This document shows positions 48,420-57,798 of a stretch of DNA of 64,000 nt, piece by piece; the first letter of the stretch is position 1; each line of letters starts with the position of its first letter. A program made the translations under genes and the position numbers. Source of the stretch: a bacterium (GTDB lineage: Bacteria > Patescibacteriota > CPR2 > UBA1875 > JAJYID01); contig JAJYJC010000001.1 in the NCBI GenBank assembly GCA_021796415.1, forward strand, positions 18,742-82,741, read 5' to 3'. The notes below the pieces were generated by a model. It was not told the DNA's origin and ran no database searches. It saw only the letters and a list, made by a program, of their open reading frames with translations.

Positions 48420-50585
48420 TTATTTCTTCACTGCTTTCATAGAGAGGTTGTTGCGGCCTTGCGAATCGATTTCGACAAGTTTAACGTCTACCTCTTGCCC
48501 TTCTTTCAATACATCCGTCACCTTGTTCACTCTCTCTTGGGAAATTTGGGATATGTGGACCAGGCCTTCTTTACCAGGCATGAACTCGACGAAGGCGCCG
48601 AAGTCCATGATTTTAACCACTCTGCCTTTATAAACCTTGCCGATTTCCGGTTCGGCGGTGATTGATTTGATCCAATCGATAGCTTTCTGGGCGTTTTCAC
48701 CATTTACGGCGGCAATAACCACATTCCCGTCATCATCGATATCGATTTCGACACTGCATTCGGCAATAATTTTATTAATCATTTCTCCGCCTTTGCCGAT
48801 AACATCGCGGATTTTTTCGGGATTGATGTGTAGTGTAGTCAGTCTCGGCGCGTAACCGGAAAGGTCGCCTCGAGGCTCAGAAATGGCTTTGTCCATAGCG
48901 TCCAGGATCTGAAGTCTGGCGTCCTTGGCGCGCTTTATAACCTCGACCAAAAACGCATGGGTGAGGCCTTTGACCTTGATGTCCATCTGGATGGCGGTCA
49001 TGCCGCCTCTAGTGCCCGCCAGCTTGAAGTCCATATCGCCGGCAAAGTCCTCCGCTCCTTGAATGTCGGTCAGAATGACGTATTTTTTGGAAAGATCGCC
49101 GCCTTCAGTCATAAGTCCCATGGCCACGCCGGCAACAGCCGCTTTGATAGGCACGCCCGCATCCATAAGAGCCAGCGATGAGCCGCAGACCGAACCCATT
49201 GAGGATGAGCCGTTTTCGGATAAGATTTCACTGACAACGCGAATAGTGTAAGGAAAGTCTGTTTCCTTGGGTAAAACCGGTTCAAGCGCTTTTTCTGCCA
49301 GAAATCCGTGGCCGATGGCGCGCCTTCCCGGGCCAAGCCGTTTGATATCACCGTACGAAGCGCCCGTATCTACATAATGATGGATGTATCGCTTGTTGAA
49401 ATCCTGATCCATTGAGTCGATCATCTGCGCTTTTGATGGAGAGGCGAGAGTGGTAATGGAAAGAATCTGTGTTTCGCCGCGAGTGAAAAGGCCGCTTCCG
49501 TGGGTTCTCGGTAGTAACCCAACTTCAGCAGACAGCGCCCTAACTTCGTCCATTTTCCTGTGGTCCGGACGGATGCCTTCCTCAAGTATTACCTTTCTCA
49601 CTTCTTCTTTGATAACCTTATCAAACACAAGAGAGATTTCCTCTTCCTCAAATTCTTCTTTGAATTGCTCATGAACCACGTCTTCCAGCTCGTTGATAAT
49701 TAAGTTTCGAGCCATCTTGTCCTGATGTCTGACTGCCTCACCAAGCTTGTCTTCCAGGTATTTGGTAATGGCAAGATAGGCGCCTTCATGAGGCTTATTC
49801 AGTTCATACTCGCGCGCTTTCACCTTCATTTCTTTAATGAGTTTTTCTTGAGCTTCAATCAAAGGCTGCATGCCTTTGTGGGCAAACTCAAGCGCCCCTG
49901 CAACAATGTCTTCAGAAACTTGATCTCCGCCGCCTTCAATCATCGTAATGGCTTCCTTCGTGCCGGCAACCAAAATATCAAGATCTGATTTTTCCATTTC
50001 CTCGTAGCTTGGGTTTAGTATGAGTTTTCCGTCAACCCGGCCAACCCTGGCGGCACTTATCGGCCCCTCGAAGGGCGCGCCACTGAGCATCAGAGAAGCT
50101 GAAGCTGCGTTCATACCCAAAACAACGGGGTCTATTTCCAAATCCATAGAAAGGGGAGTAACAATAACCTGCACTTCGTTCATGTATCCCTTCGGGAACA
50201 TCGGCCGGATTGGCCTATCAATCATGCGTGAGCGCAAAATACCAAGCTCTGATCCCCGGCCTTCACGCTTCACAAACCTGGAACCGGAAATTTTACCGGT
50301 CGCGTACCATTTGTCCTGGAAATCAACTGAAAGAGGGAAGTAGTCGATGCCTTCCTTTATTCCTTCCGAGACCACGACCGTTGCCATAACAATAGAATCG
50401 CCGCTCGATACTACACACGATCCGCTTGCAAACTTGTTTAGTTTGCCTGTTTCAAATTTAAATTCTTTACCGTCTGATTTTGCATCAACACGGACTTTTC
50501 CCAGAGATTTTCCTTTCTCCATTTTTTCCTTTCTATCCGGCAGCTGCCGGACCCTTTCCAAAACGGAGATTTCAAACGAGTTCAA
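48420..50585 (-). CDS. pnp: Polynucleotide phosphorylase
   Basis: Two RNase PH domains followed by KH and S1 domains at the C-terminus. Confidence 0.95.
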   Translation of the reverse strand: MNSFEISVLERVRQLPDRKEKMEKGKSLGKVRVDAKSDGKEFKFETGKLNKFASGSCVVSSGDSIVMATVVVSEGIKEGIDYFPLSVDFQDKWYATGKISGSRFVKREGRGSELGILRSRMIDRPIRPMFPKGYMNEVQVIVTPLSMDLEIDPVVLGMNAASASLMLSGAPFEGPISAARVGRVDGKLILNPSYEEMEKSDLDILVAGTKEAITMIEGGGDQVSEDIVAGALEFAHKGMQPLIEAQEKLIKEMKVKAREYELNKPHEGAYLAITKYLEDKLGEAVRHQDKMARNLIINELEDVVHEQFKEEFEEEEISLVFDKVIKEEVRKVILEEGIRPDHRKMDEVRALSAEVGLLPRTHGSGLFTRGETQILSITTLASPSKAQMIDSMDQDFNKRYIHHYVDTGASYGDIKRLGPGRRAIGHGFLAEKALEPVLPKETDFPYTIRVVSEILSENGSSSMGSVCGSSLALMDAGVPIKAAVAGVAMGLMTEGGDLSKKYVILTDIQGAEDFAGDMDFKLAGTRGGMTAIQMDIKVKGLTHAFLVEVIKRAKDARLQILDAMDKAISEPRGDLSGYAPRLTTLHINPEKIRDVIGKGGEMINKIIAECSVEIDIDDDGNVVIAAVNGENAQKAIDWIKSITAEPEIGKVYKGRVVKIMDFGAFVEFMPGKEGLVHISQISQERVNKVTDVLKEGQEVDVKLVEIDSQGRNNLSMKAVKK

Positions 50586-50658
50586 GGAGCTAATAGCATG
50601 CTATTTACTCATCTTACCCGACCAAAATTCCGTTTTAATTTATTAATGTTCTCTTGCT

Positions 50659-50884
50659 GTCATTTCGACTCCGCCTTCGGAACGGATAAACTCCGTGGAG
50701 AAATCCATTTTTCCTTTAGCAACTTGCCAACTTATAATCTTAGTAACTCTTTCAAGGGATTCTTCGGCTCCGCTCAGAATGACAATATTTTTATTTTATT
50801 AATGTTCTTTTTTTGTCACTCGGATCCTTCTTGTCCGTCATCCTGGCTTGGCCAGGATCTATTTCTACAGGATTCTGGACAAGC
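50659..50884. repeat. Hairpin-repeat cluster in the rpsO-pnp intergenic region
   Basis: gtcatttcgactccgccttcgg...cgctcagaatgac runs to 50783. gtcatcctggcttggccaggatc and ggattctggacaagccagaatgac cover 50806-50884. Confidence 0.65.
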
Positions 50885-50935
50885 CAGAATGACTCTCAAT
50901 ACTATATACTCAATACCCAATACTGAAACTTGGAG

Positions 50936-51205
50936 CTACTTCCTAAGTCCAAGTTTCTTCACCACTTCGGCATATCGCTTCTTGTTCGTATTCATAAGGT
51001 AATCAAGCAGTTTTCGCCTTTTGGAAACCATTTTCAAAAGCCCGCGCCTTGAGTGGTTATCTTTCTTGTGAGTCTTAAGATGATCGGTAAGCTTTTTTAT
51101 CTTTTCGGTAAAAATAGCAATCTGAACTTCCGGCGATCCGGTATCCTTTTCATGTGTCTGGACATCTTCGATTACTTTTTCTTTTTCTTCCTTTTGTAAA
51201 GCCAT
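50936..51205 (-). CDS. rpsO: 30S ribosomal protein S15
   Basis: Starts [33 protein letters not shown]...GLRK. This is the rpsO-pnp arrangement. Confidence 0.9.
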   Translation of the reverse strand: MALQKEEKEKVIEDVQTHEKDTGSPEVQIAIFTEKIKKLTDHLKTHKKDNHSRRGLLKMVSKRRKLLDYLMNTNKKRYAEVVKKLGLRK

Positions 51206-51366
51206 TATTACTCCTTGATTAGCAAATACTATTTGTATCGCCATACTATTTTACCACTGAACAGCCCTATCTTCAAGGCAATTCAAAAATTTTCCTATCA
51301 CGAAGCTATATTTTAGCAAAAAAGCGTTGTGTAGTCAACCAGTTTTCATTCGTGAATCTAACCTCT

Positions 51367-51525
51367 GTCATCCCGAGCTCGCCTTCGCAAAGCTACGAAG
51401 CGGAGAAACTCCGCGATAGCGGAGTCGAAGGATCCCTTAAAATATTTAAATAAAGTTCAAGAGATTCCTCCGCTCGCAACTCACGTGGTGTCGGCCCGCC
51501 TGCCGGACAGACAGGTCGGAATGAC
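51367..51525. repeat. Hairpin repeats (a long hairpin-repeat unit plus a cccgcctgccggacagacaggtcggaatgac unit)
   Basis: gtcatcccgagctcgccttcgcaaagctacgaagcggagaaactccgcgatagcggagtcgaaggatccc sits at 51367-51436. A second unit lies at 51495-51525. Confidence 0.65.
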
Positions 51526-51566
51526 AACACATTCTGATTTATGGCAGGCTAAAGGATTCACGGGTT

Positions 51567-52412
51567 CTAATTCATTAAGTTTAATGCAGGATCTATCTCG
51601 GCTGCTTTTTTACCTTGTTCACTTGCCTTGCTCTGATCGCCCATTTTTTCATAAATCTTTGAGCTAAGAATATAAGCATCTCGATAATTATCTTTTTCTC
51701 TCTCTAAGGCTAGCGTGTCACTCAGTGCCAATTGCAGATAATTGTGCTCGTAATAGAAATTTGCTGCTTCCAGCTTTACGTAAAGAGGGCTTTGAGTATC
51801 TTTGCGCTTGGCAAAATACTTATCTATTCCGAAAATATTACAACCTTTTACTTTCCCAAAAGCATTTTCGGCTTTTTTGAAGTTATTCAAATAAACAAAG
51901 GCGGCATAACAGTTGCTTGAATCTGAATCTAGGGCAGAAAGCTGACTTAAGTAATTTTCAGCCTCTCCCCTATCGCCTTTTTGAAGCTGAGACAGAACAA
52001 GGCCCTTTAATGAATCTGGGTTTAAATTTTTATTTTTTGCCTTTGTAAAAACATCTTCTGCTTCTTGGGCCTTATTTTCATCTAGATACAAATTTCCTAA
52101 TTTGTTTAAAATTTGAACCTCTCCCCTACCCACCATGATTTTCTCCGCAAGATCGTCCCTGCCGATAGAAACATAGAGATCGGCAAGGGTAATAATATTG
52201 TCAGGTTTTGAATACAATTCAACAGACTTTTCTAGAGCCAATATCTTTGCTTGTTTATCGTTTGTTTCACGTGAAACATCTGCATAATAATCAGCCCTAC
52301 CACTTGCCCAAAGAAAATAACCAGTCGATAATCCAACAAGTAAAATCGGAATTAATGACAAGATTATTATCTTCTTTTTCTTCATATAATCAGTATAACA
52401 CTCTTGGGCCAT
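51567..52412 (-). CDS. TPR-repeat protein with an N-terminal membrane anchor
   Basis: A TM helix followed by several TPR-like helix pairs. Confidence 0.55.
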   Translation of the reverse strand: MAQECYTDYMKKKKIIILSLIPILLVGLSTGYFLWASGRADYYADVSRETNDKQAKILALEKSVELYSKPDNIITLADLYVSIGRDDLAEKIMVGRGEVQILNKLGNLYLDENKAQEAEDVFTKAKNKNLNPDSLKGLVLSQLQKGDRGEAENYLSQLSALDSDSSNCYAAFVYLNNFKKAENAFGKVKGCNIFGIDKYFAKRKDTQSPLYVKLEAANFYYEHNYLQLALSDTLALEREKDNYRDAYILSSKIYEKMGDQSKASEQGKKAAEIDPALNLMN

Positions 52413-52415
52413 AGA

Positions 52416-52476
52416 GTCATTCCGGTTTGTCCGGATTCAAAAAAGATCAATACGATTCTGGTCAAGCCGGAATGAC
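52416..52476. repeat. Composite hairpin repeat
   Basis: gtcattccggtttgtccggattc followed by gattctggtcaagccggaatgac. Confidence 0.7.
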
Positions 52477-52682
52477 AACCTATTAGACGGGCGAGCTAAA
52501 ATGATGAAATTGGTATAGTATCCGTTTGTCCGTTATTCTGTTATTCCGTTCCTTAGTTCTTTATTTTTCTGTCTACAAGCTGTGCATAAAAACGTATCCT
52601 AGCTCAGCTTGTTCTCAAAAAGTTTTATTTTGAGCACAAATTTGACAAATTTTTCAGATTATTGTTTTTCCACAAGACTGCT

Positions 52683-52770
52683 GTCATTCCGGACTTGATC
52701 CGGAATCCAGATAATTTTATATAGATTCTGAATCCCCGCCTGCCGGACGGGCAGGAAGTTCAGAATGACA
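52683..52770. repeat. Composite hairpin repeat (same two-unit architecture as 12355-12440)
   Basis: gtcattccggacttgatccggaatcc followed by gattctgaatccccgcctgccggacgggcaggaagttcagaatgac. Confidence 0.7.
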
Positions 52771-52813
52771 AAACATTTGTTTCACGTGAAACAACGCCTA
52801 ACGTTGTGAAACC

Positions 52814-55165
52814 TTACAGACTTATAACCTTCTCGACTCTTTGGGTCTTTTCCAAGAATTCTTTTTGTGAGTCAGCCAATTTCTCTTTCGTTTTATATTC
52901 CGGGATTTCTTTTCCGATAGAAATTCCTTGCTTGGTTTTATGGGTGCGGATTTGATCTACAAGTTTCAAAATTCTTTCAAATTCTTTTGATTTTCCGTAT
53001 AAATCTTCTTTTTCCGGCCAGCTTGCAAGGTGGATGCTTTTATCTTTATCGATGTTTTTGAAGTAATTTTGGTATATTTCCTCTGTTATGAAAGGTAGAA
53101 TTGGCGCATACAGTTTTAAAATAGAACTTAAAACCTTCGAAACCATATATAATGCGGCATTTTTGCTTTGTTTATTGTTTCCATAAACACGATATTTGAT
53201 AAATTCCAGATAATAATCACAAAAGTCATTCCAGAAGAAACCGTCTACTTCATTTCTGGCCTTGGAATATTCATAATTATCAAAGTATCTCTCACAATAT
53301 CCAATAGTACTCATAAGCCTGTCATGTATCCATTTGTCAGCATCTTCAAGCTCATTTTCGGCTGGATTTTCAATATTTTCACTCTCCAGGAACCCGATTA
53401 CAAACTTGGAGGCATTCCAAAGCTTGGTAACTGTTTTCTTTCCCTTCTTTATCTCCTCTTCATTCCAACGCATATTACCGCCCAGGGTTGCGCCCGTTGC
53501 CCAGTACCTAAGCGCATCAGCACCGTACTGCTCTACAATATCGTGCGGATTTACATAGTTTTTGAGCCTCTTTGAGATTTTTCGGCCATGCTCATCTAAA
53601 CCATGCCCCGAGATCATAACATCTGTAAAGGGAACTGAATTGTCATGATAAAGCGACTTAACAACGGTATAAAAAAGCCAGGTTCGGATAATCTCAAAAG
53701 CCTGAGGCCTTAAACTTGATGGGTATAATTTTCCTTGAATCTTCTCGTCCTGAACTAGCGTAGCGCCGATTTTTGGTGTTAGCGATGAGGTCATCCAAGT
53801 GTCCATAACATCATTTTCAGCTTCAAATTCCGTACTTTTACACTTTGGACAAGGTCTTTGGGGCATATCGCTAGTCGGATCAACTGGTAGATCCTTTTCA
53901 TCCGGCAATATAACTTCACCGCATTTTTTACAGTACCACACAGGAAAAGGAACACCGTAGTAGCGCTGCCGGGAAATGCACCAATCCCATTTGAGGCCCT
54001 CTACCCAGCTTTCATAAAGCTGCTTCATGTTTGTCGGATACCAGCTTAGCTCCCGTCCCTTCTTGAGCAGTTCTTCTTTGGCGCTTAAAATATCAATAAA
54101 CCAGTTTTTGGTCATTATGTATTCTACGTCAGTGCCGCATCGTTCATGGGTAAAGGTTACATTTTCTCTATCTTCGACTTTTTCTAGCGCATCGGCCCTC
54201 TTTAAGTCTTCGACAATTTTTTCTCTTGCATCACAAATCTTCAAACCGGCGTATTTTCCGGCCTTTTCATTGAATTTGCCATCGGTATCAAGCATGTGCA
54301 CGGGTTTTGCGTCAGGATGTTCGGTAAGCCACTCGATGTCGTCATGGCCGCCAAACGAACAGTAGTACACAACCCCTGTCCCCATCTTGGGATCCACATT
54401 TTCGTCGGCGTAAATATATACTTTTTGCTTTGTCAAAGGCAATATCGCCTTTTTTCCGATTAAATCCTTGTACCTTTTATCGGTCGGGTTAACGCTCATA
54501 CCCATGCAAGCCGGCAGCATCTCCGGACGGGTTGTGGCAAAAGTTAGCTCTCCCCCATCGTCAGTTTTGGCTTTAATGAAGTAAAACTTGCTTTTGCGCT
54601 CTTCGGCTTCCAGATCGGCTTGCGAGATGGCCGTTTGGCAGTGCGTACACCAAAGTACGGGCGCTTCCTTGCGATAAATTTTATCTTTTTTATATAAATC
54701 CAGAAATGACCATTGCGACAGCCTCTGGCAATGCTGGTTGATTGTGCTGTAAGTTTTGCTCCAATCCACCGAAATCCCTATTGATCGCCATAAGTCTTGG
54801 TAGTTCTTTGCGCCGATTTTGGTTTCCTCAAGGCATTTTTCGACAAATTCTTTTCTTGAGATTTTTGACTTGTCTATATTGTATTTTTTCTCAACAAATC
54901 TTTCGGTTGGCAAGCCATTATCATCAAATCCCATCGGATAGTAAACATTGAAACCCTTCATCCTCTTGTAGCGGACAATGAATTCAGCTTGTGAATAGCT
55001 CATTATGTGGCCCGCATGAAGGTGCTCGGCTGAAACATAAGGCGGGGGAGTGTCTACTGAGTAGATTGGCTTGTTTGAGCTCTCATCAAAGCGATAAATG
55101 CCTTCTTCTTCCCAGAAGTTTCTCCAATGTTCTTCTCTTTCCTTGAAATCATATTTCTTCTGCAT
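52814..55165 (-). CDS. valS: Class I aminoacyl-tRNA synthetase, most likely valyl-tRNA synthetase
   Basis: Contains PPPYVSAEHLHAGH (a HIGH-like motif) ...RYKRMKGFNV...WCISRQRYYGVPFPVWYC...KISKR (KMSKS-like). A candidate T-box leader with a GUA (Val) specifier lies upstream. Confidence 0.6.
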   Translation of the reverse strand: MQKKYDFKEREEHWRNFWEEEGIYRFDESSNKPIYSVDTPPPYVSAEHLHAGHIMSYSQAEFIVRYKRMKGFNVYYPMGFDDNGLPTERFVEKKYNIDKSKISRKEFVEKCLEETKIGAKNYQDLWRSIGISVDWSKTYSTINQHCQRLSQWSFLDLYKKDKIYRKEAPVLWCTHCQTAISQADLEAEERKSKFYFIKAKTDDGGELTFATTRPEMLPACMGMSVNPTDKRYKDLIGKKAILPLTKQKVYIYADENVDPKMGTGVVYYCSFGGHDDIEWLTEHPDAKPVHMLDTDGKFNEKAGKYAGLKICDAREKIVEDLKRADALEKVEDRENVTFTHERCGTDVEYIMTKNWFIDILSAKEELLKKGRELSWYPTNMKQLYESWVEGLKWDWCISRQRYYGVPFPVWYCKKCGEVILPDEKDLPVDPTSDMPQRPCPKCKSTEFEAENDVMDTWMTSSLTPKIGATLVQDEKIQGKLYPSSLRPQAFEIIRTWLFYTVVKSLYHDNSVPFTDVMISGHGLDEHGRKISKRLKNYVNPHDIVEQYGADALRYWATGATLGGNMRWNEEEIKKGKKTVTKLWNASKFVIGFLESENIENPAENELEDADKWIHDRLMSTIGYCERYFDNYEYSKARNEVDGFFWNDFCDYYLEFIKYRVYGNNKQSKNAALYMVSKVLSSILKLYAPILPFITEEIYQNYFKNIDKDKSIHLASWPEKEDLYGKSKEFERILKLVDQIRTHKTKQGISIGKEIPEYKTKEKLADSQKEFLEKTQRVEKVISL

Positions 55166-55391
55166 TTTCGCCTTTCCTAAAATAAAAAAGCCCGCTCTTG
55201 GGGTCCGGTATTTACCGGAGGTACCACCCCAATTCCACGTGGCACTTCATTTTGCTTAACGGAGCTTCCCGGCAGGTTCTACTCCGGCGGTTGCCGGATC
55301 TTCCTGCAGCTTGCAAGGTGACATTAATCCTTGCTCAAACGCCTTTTCATATTTGACCTAATTTTACTTGAAATGAAGAAAAAGTCAAGTT
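55166..55391 (-). promoter_or_regulatory. Candidate T-box riboswitch leader of valS
   Basis: The minus strand reads ...GGAGUAGAACC...GAAUUGGGGUGGUACCUCCGG..., against the T-box consensus AAUUAGGGUGGNACCGCGG. UGGU would pair with an ACCA tRNA 3' end (discriminator A). This is followed by GGACCCCAAGAGCGGGCUUUUUU. Confidence 0.45.
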
Positions 55392-56561
55392 CTAAGTTAG
55401 TTTCAGATTTGGGTTAGCTACTAGGCTTCTTGGCTCGATAAAGCCAAATTCCTTCTGTTTGTAGTATGCGGCGGCACCGATCATGGCCGCATTATCGGTG
55501 CAATAATTTAAATCGGGCATGTGAAACTCAACCTTCAATTCCTTGCATAATTTTTCTAGCCCTGAGCGCAAAAGGGGATTGGCCGCCACGCCTCCGGACA
55601 ATATGAATGATTTTGGTTTGTACTGGGCTATCGCTCTCTGGTTGTTTTGAACTAGGGTATCGACCAAAGTTTTCTGAAAAGAGGCGGCAATATCCGCTTT
55701 TGTTTTGCTCTCAATCCCACACCCGGTGTGGGATTGGCATTGTTTTACAATATTCAAAACAGACGTTTTGAGGCCGGAGAGTGAAAAGTCGAGGCTGGGT
55801 TTGGGGTAAACGAGAAAGCCATCTTTGCCGCGTTTTGGTTCGGGAGTGAGATCTATAACAGGAAATTCATATTTATCAGCGTTACCATTCTCTGCTAATT
55901 TGCTAATATTCGGCCCGCCGGGGTAGGGGAGGGCAAGCAGTGCTGCAACCTTGTCGAAAGCTTCGCCGGCAGCATCATCGCGGGTTGCTCCCACAATTTG
56001 AAAATTGTAATGCCTTTTCATGTAAATTAGCATTGTATGCCCACCCGAAACTACTAGGGCCACGAGAGGAAATTGCGGGACAGTATTGTGTATTGGGTAT
56101 TGGGTATTGAGGTTGGGATTCTTCATTGCCTCAGAATGACTTTTTTTATTTTGAATTTGATTGGAAATTGCTGATTGGAAATTGGAAATTTTGCCAACAA
56201 TCCAATTCGCATACACGTGTCCTTCGAGATGATTCACGGCAATTAGCGGCTTGTCCTTTAAAATTGCAAGTGTCCTTGCCGTTTCGATCCCGGCAATCAA
56301 ACTTCCAACAAGTCCCGGTCCTTGGGTTACGGCGATAGCGTCGATCTGGGGCCAATCCAGTTTTGCCGCATTTAAAGCCTCCTTGATCGTTGGAATAATG
56401 GCCTGTACATGAACCCGCGCCGCTACCTCCGGCACCACACCGCCATACTTGGCATGAAGATCAACTTGCGAAGCGACCACATTCGATAAAACATTCCGAC
56501 CGTCACTCACAACTGCAGCCGCTGTCTCGTCACAGCTCGATTCTATAGCTAAAATATTCAT
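55392..56561 (-). CDS. tsaD: tRNA N6-adenosine threonylcarbamoyltransferase TsaD carrying an in-frame hairpin-repeat insertion
   Basis: Contains MNILAIESSCDETAAAVV...NHLEGHV. A roughly 40-aa insert (..SHSEAMKNPNLNT..) is encoded by the repeat at 56116-56140. Confidence 0.9.
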   Translation of the reverse strand: MNILAIESSCDETAAAVVSDGRNVLSNVVASQVDLHAKYGGVVPEVAARVHVQAIIPTIKEALNAAKLDWPQIDAIAVTQGPGLVGSLIAGIETARTLAILKDKPLIAVNHLEGHVYANWIVGKISNFQSAISNQIQNKKSHSEAMKNPNLNTQYPIHNTVPQFPLVALVVSGGHTMLIYMKRHYNFQIVGATRDDAAGEAFDKVAALLALPYPGGPNISKLAENGNADKYEFPVIDLTPEPKRGKDGFLVYPKPSLDFSLSGLKTSVLNIVKQCQSHTGCGIESKTKADIAASFQKTLVDTLVQNNQRAIAQYKPKSFILSGGVAANPLLRSGLEKLCKELKVEFHMPDLNYCTDNAAMIGAAAYYKQKEFGFIEPRSLVANPNLKLT

Positions 56562-56617
56562 AACAGTGAAGATTATATCAAATTTTTCCCTGTATTTATA
56601 CGTTAATTTGTGCTTAA

Positions 56618-57694
56618 ATGGGTCCTATGGAAATGCTGAGTATTCTGGCAAAGAAGTCAAATAACCTTTTTCAGTCCGGCGTTTGGGCTGATTTTCAGGC
56701 AGATCTGAAGCGCAAATCATTTTTAATCAAAAGTGATCATGTGGAAGCCTTGGTCATCAAATATCCTTTGATTGGGCGAAATTTATTTTCAAAAATAGAT
56801 TCCCGCCGGAGTTTATCCGCCCGAAGCTCTGCGAAGGAGGACGGGAATGACAAAGGAAGGGGAGATAAGTATTATTTTTATTCCCCTCGAGGACCGATTG
56901 CTGATTCAAAAGTGAAGCTGAAGGACTTGAAAGTATTCTTCAGAAAAGTCGAGTCTCTTGCCAAAGAAGAGAATGCTGTATTTTACCGAATAGAGCCTTA
57001 TTCTTTAGGTCAGGTTGATATTTATAAGTTCGGTTTTAGAAAAATCGCAAAACACGCACCGCTATCAGCACAATCCTCACCCGAAAATACTCTCGTTTTA
57101 GATATCACAAAACCTGAAGAAAAAATTCTAGCCGAAATGAAGCCGAAGTGGAGATACAACATCAACTTGGCGTCAAGAAAGGACGTCAAAGTGCGCCAGG
57201 GGAAAAGTCTAAATGATATCAAGATTTTCTATAACCTCACTTTGGAAATGGAAAAAAGGGGAGGGTACAAGGGGCATGAGTTTGAATACTACAAAAAGAT
57301 GTTTGAGGTTTTAAGCAGCAAAAATGTGCTGAAACTTTATATCGCAGAATACGAAGGTGAGCCTTTGGCGGCGATTTTGGTTTCTTTCTACGGCCAAGTC
57401 GCAACATACTTGCACGGCGCCTCGGGGAATGAAAAGAGGGAACTGATGCCAACTTACGCGCTTCAGTGGGCGGCTATCCAAGACGCAAAGAAAAAGGGCT
57501 GCAAGATTTATGATTTTTGGGGCATAGCGCCAGATGGCGCAAAAAATCATTCGTGGGCAGGCGTCACCAGATTTAAAAAGGGTTTTGGTGGAGAGGCCCT
57601 TCATTTTAGCGGCGCATACGATATGGCATTTGACAAAAATTATTACCGCCTGCTTTCTGCGGCAAACAGAGTTAGAAAGGTTTTGAAAAGATAA
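56618..57694 (+). CDS. FemAB-family peptidoglycan aminoacyltransferase-like protein carrying an in-frame hairpin-repeat insertion
   Basis: Has a FemAB/GNAT-fold C-terminal half (LYIAEYEGEPLAAILVSFYGQVATYLHGAS...WAGVTRFKKGFGG). The insert IDSRRSLSARSSAKEDGNDK is encoded by the repeat at 56798-56850. Confidence 0.6.
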   Translation: MGPMEMLSILAKKSNNLFQSGVWADFQADLKRKSFLIKSDHVEALVIKYPLIGRNLFSKIDSRRSLSARSSAKEDGNDKGRGDKYYFYSPRGPIADSKVKLKDLKVFFRKVESLAKEENAVFYRIEPYSLGQVDIYKFGFRKIAKHAPLSAQSSPENTLVLDITKPEEKILAEMKPKWRYNINLASRKDVKVRQGKSLNDIKIFYNLTLEMEKRGGYKGHEFEYYKKMFEVLSSKNVLKLYIAEYEGEPLAAILVSFYGQVATYLHGASGNEKRELMPTYALQWAAIQDAKKKGCKIYDFWGIAPDGAKNHSWAGVTRFKKGFGGEALHFSGAYDMAFDKNYYRLLSAANRVRKVLKR

Positions 57695-57798
57695 TGTAAC
57701 TAACAAGGGACTAATTGGGACTAATCGTTGCTTATAGGGGCTAATAGACAATAAGCCACAAAAAGCAACCACAAGTTACAATAAGTCACATTTATCAC

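Noticed and set aside
48459-50646. Multiple 60-110-aa plus-strand ORFs overlapping pnp
   Set aside because: They are shadow ORFs antisense to polynucleotide phosphorylase.
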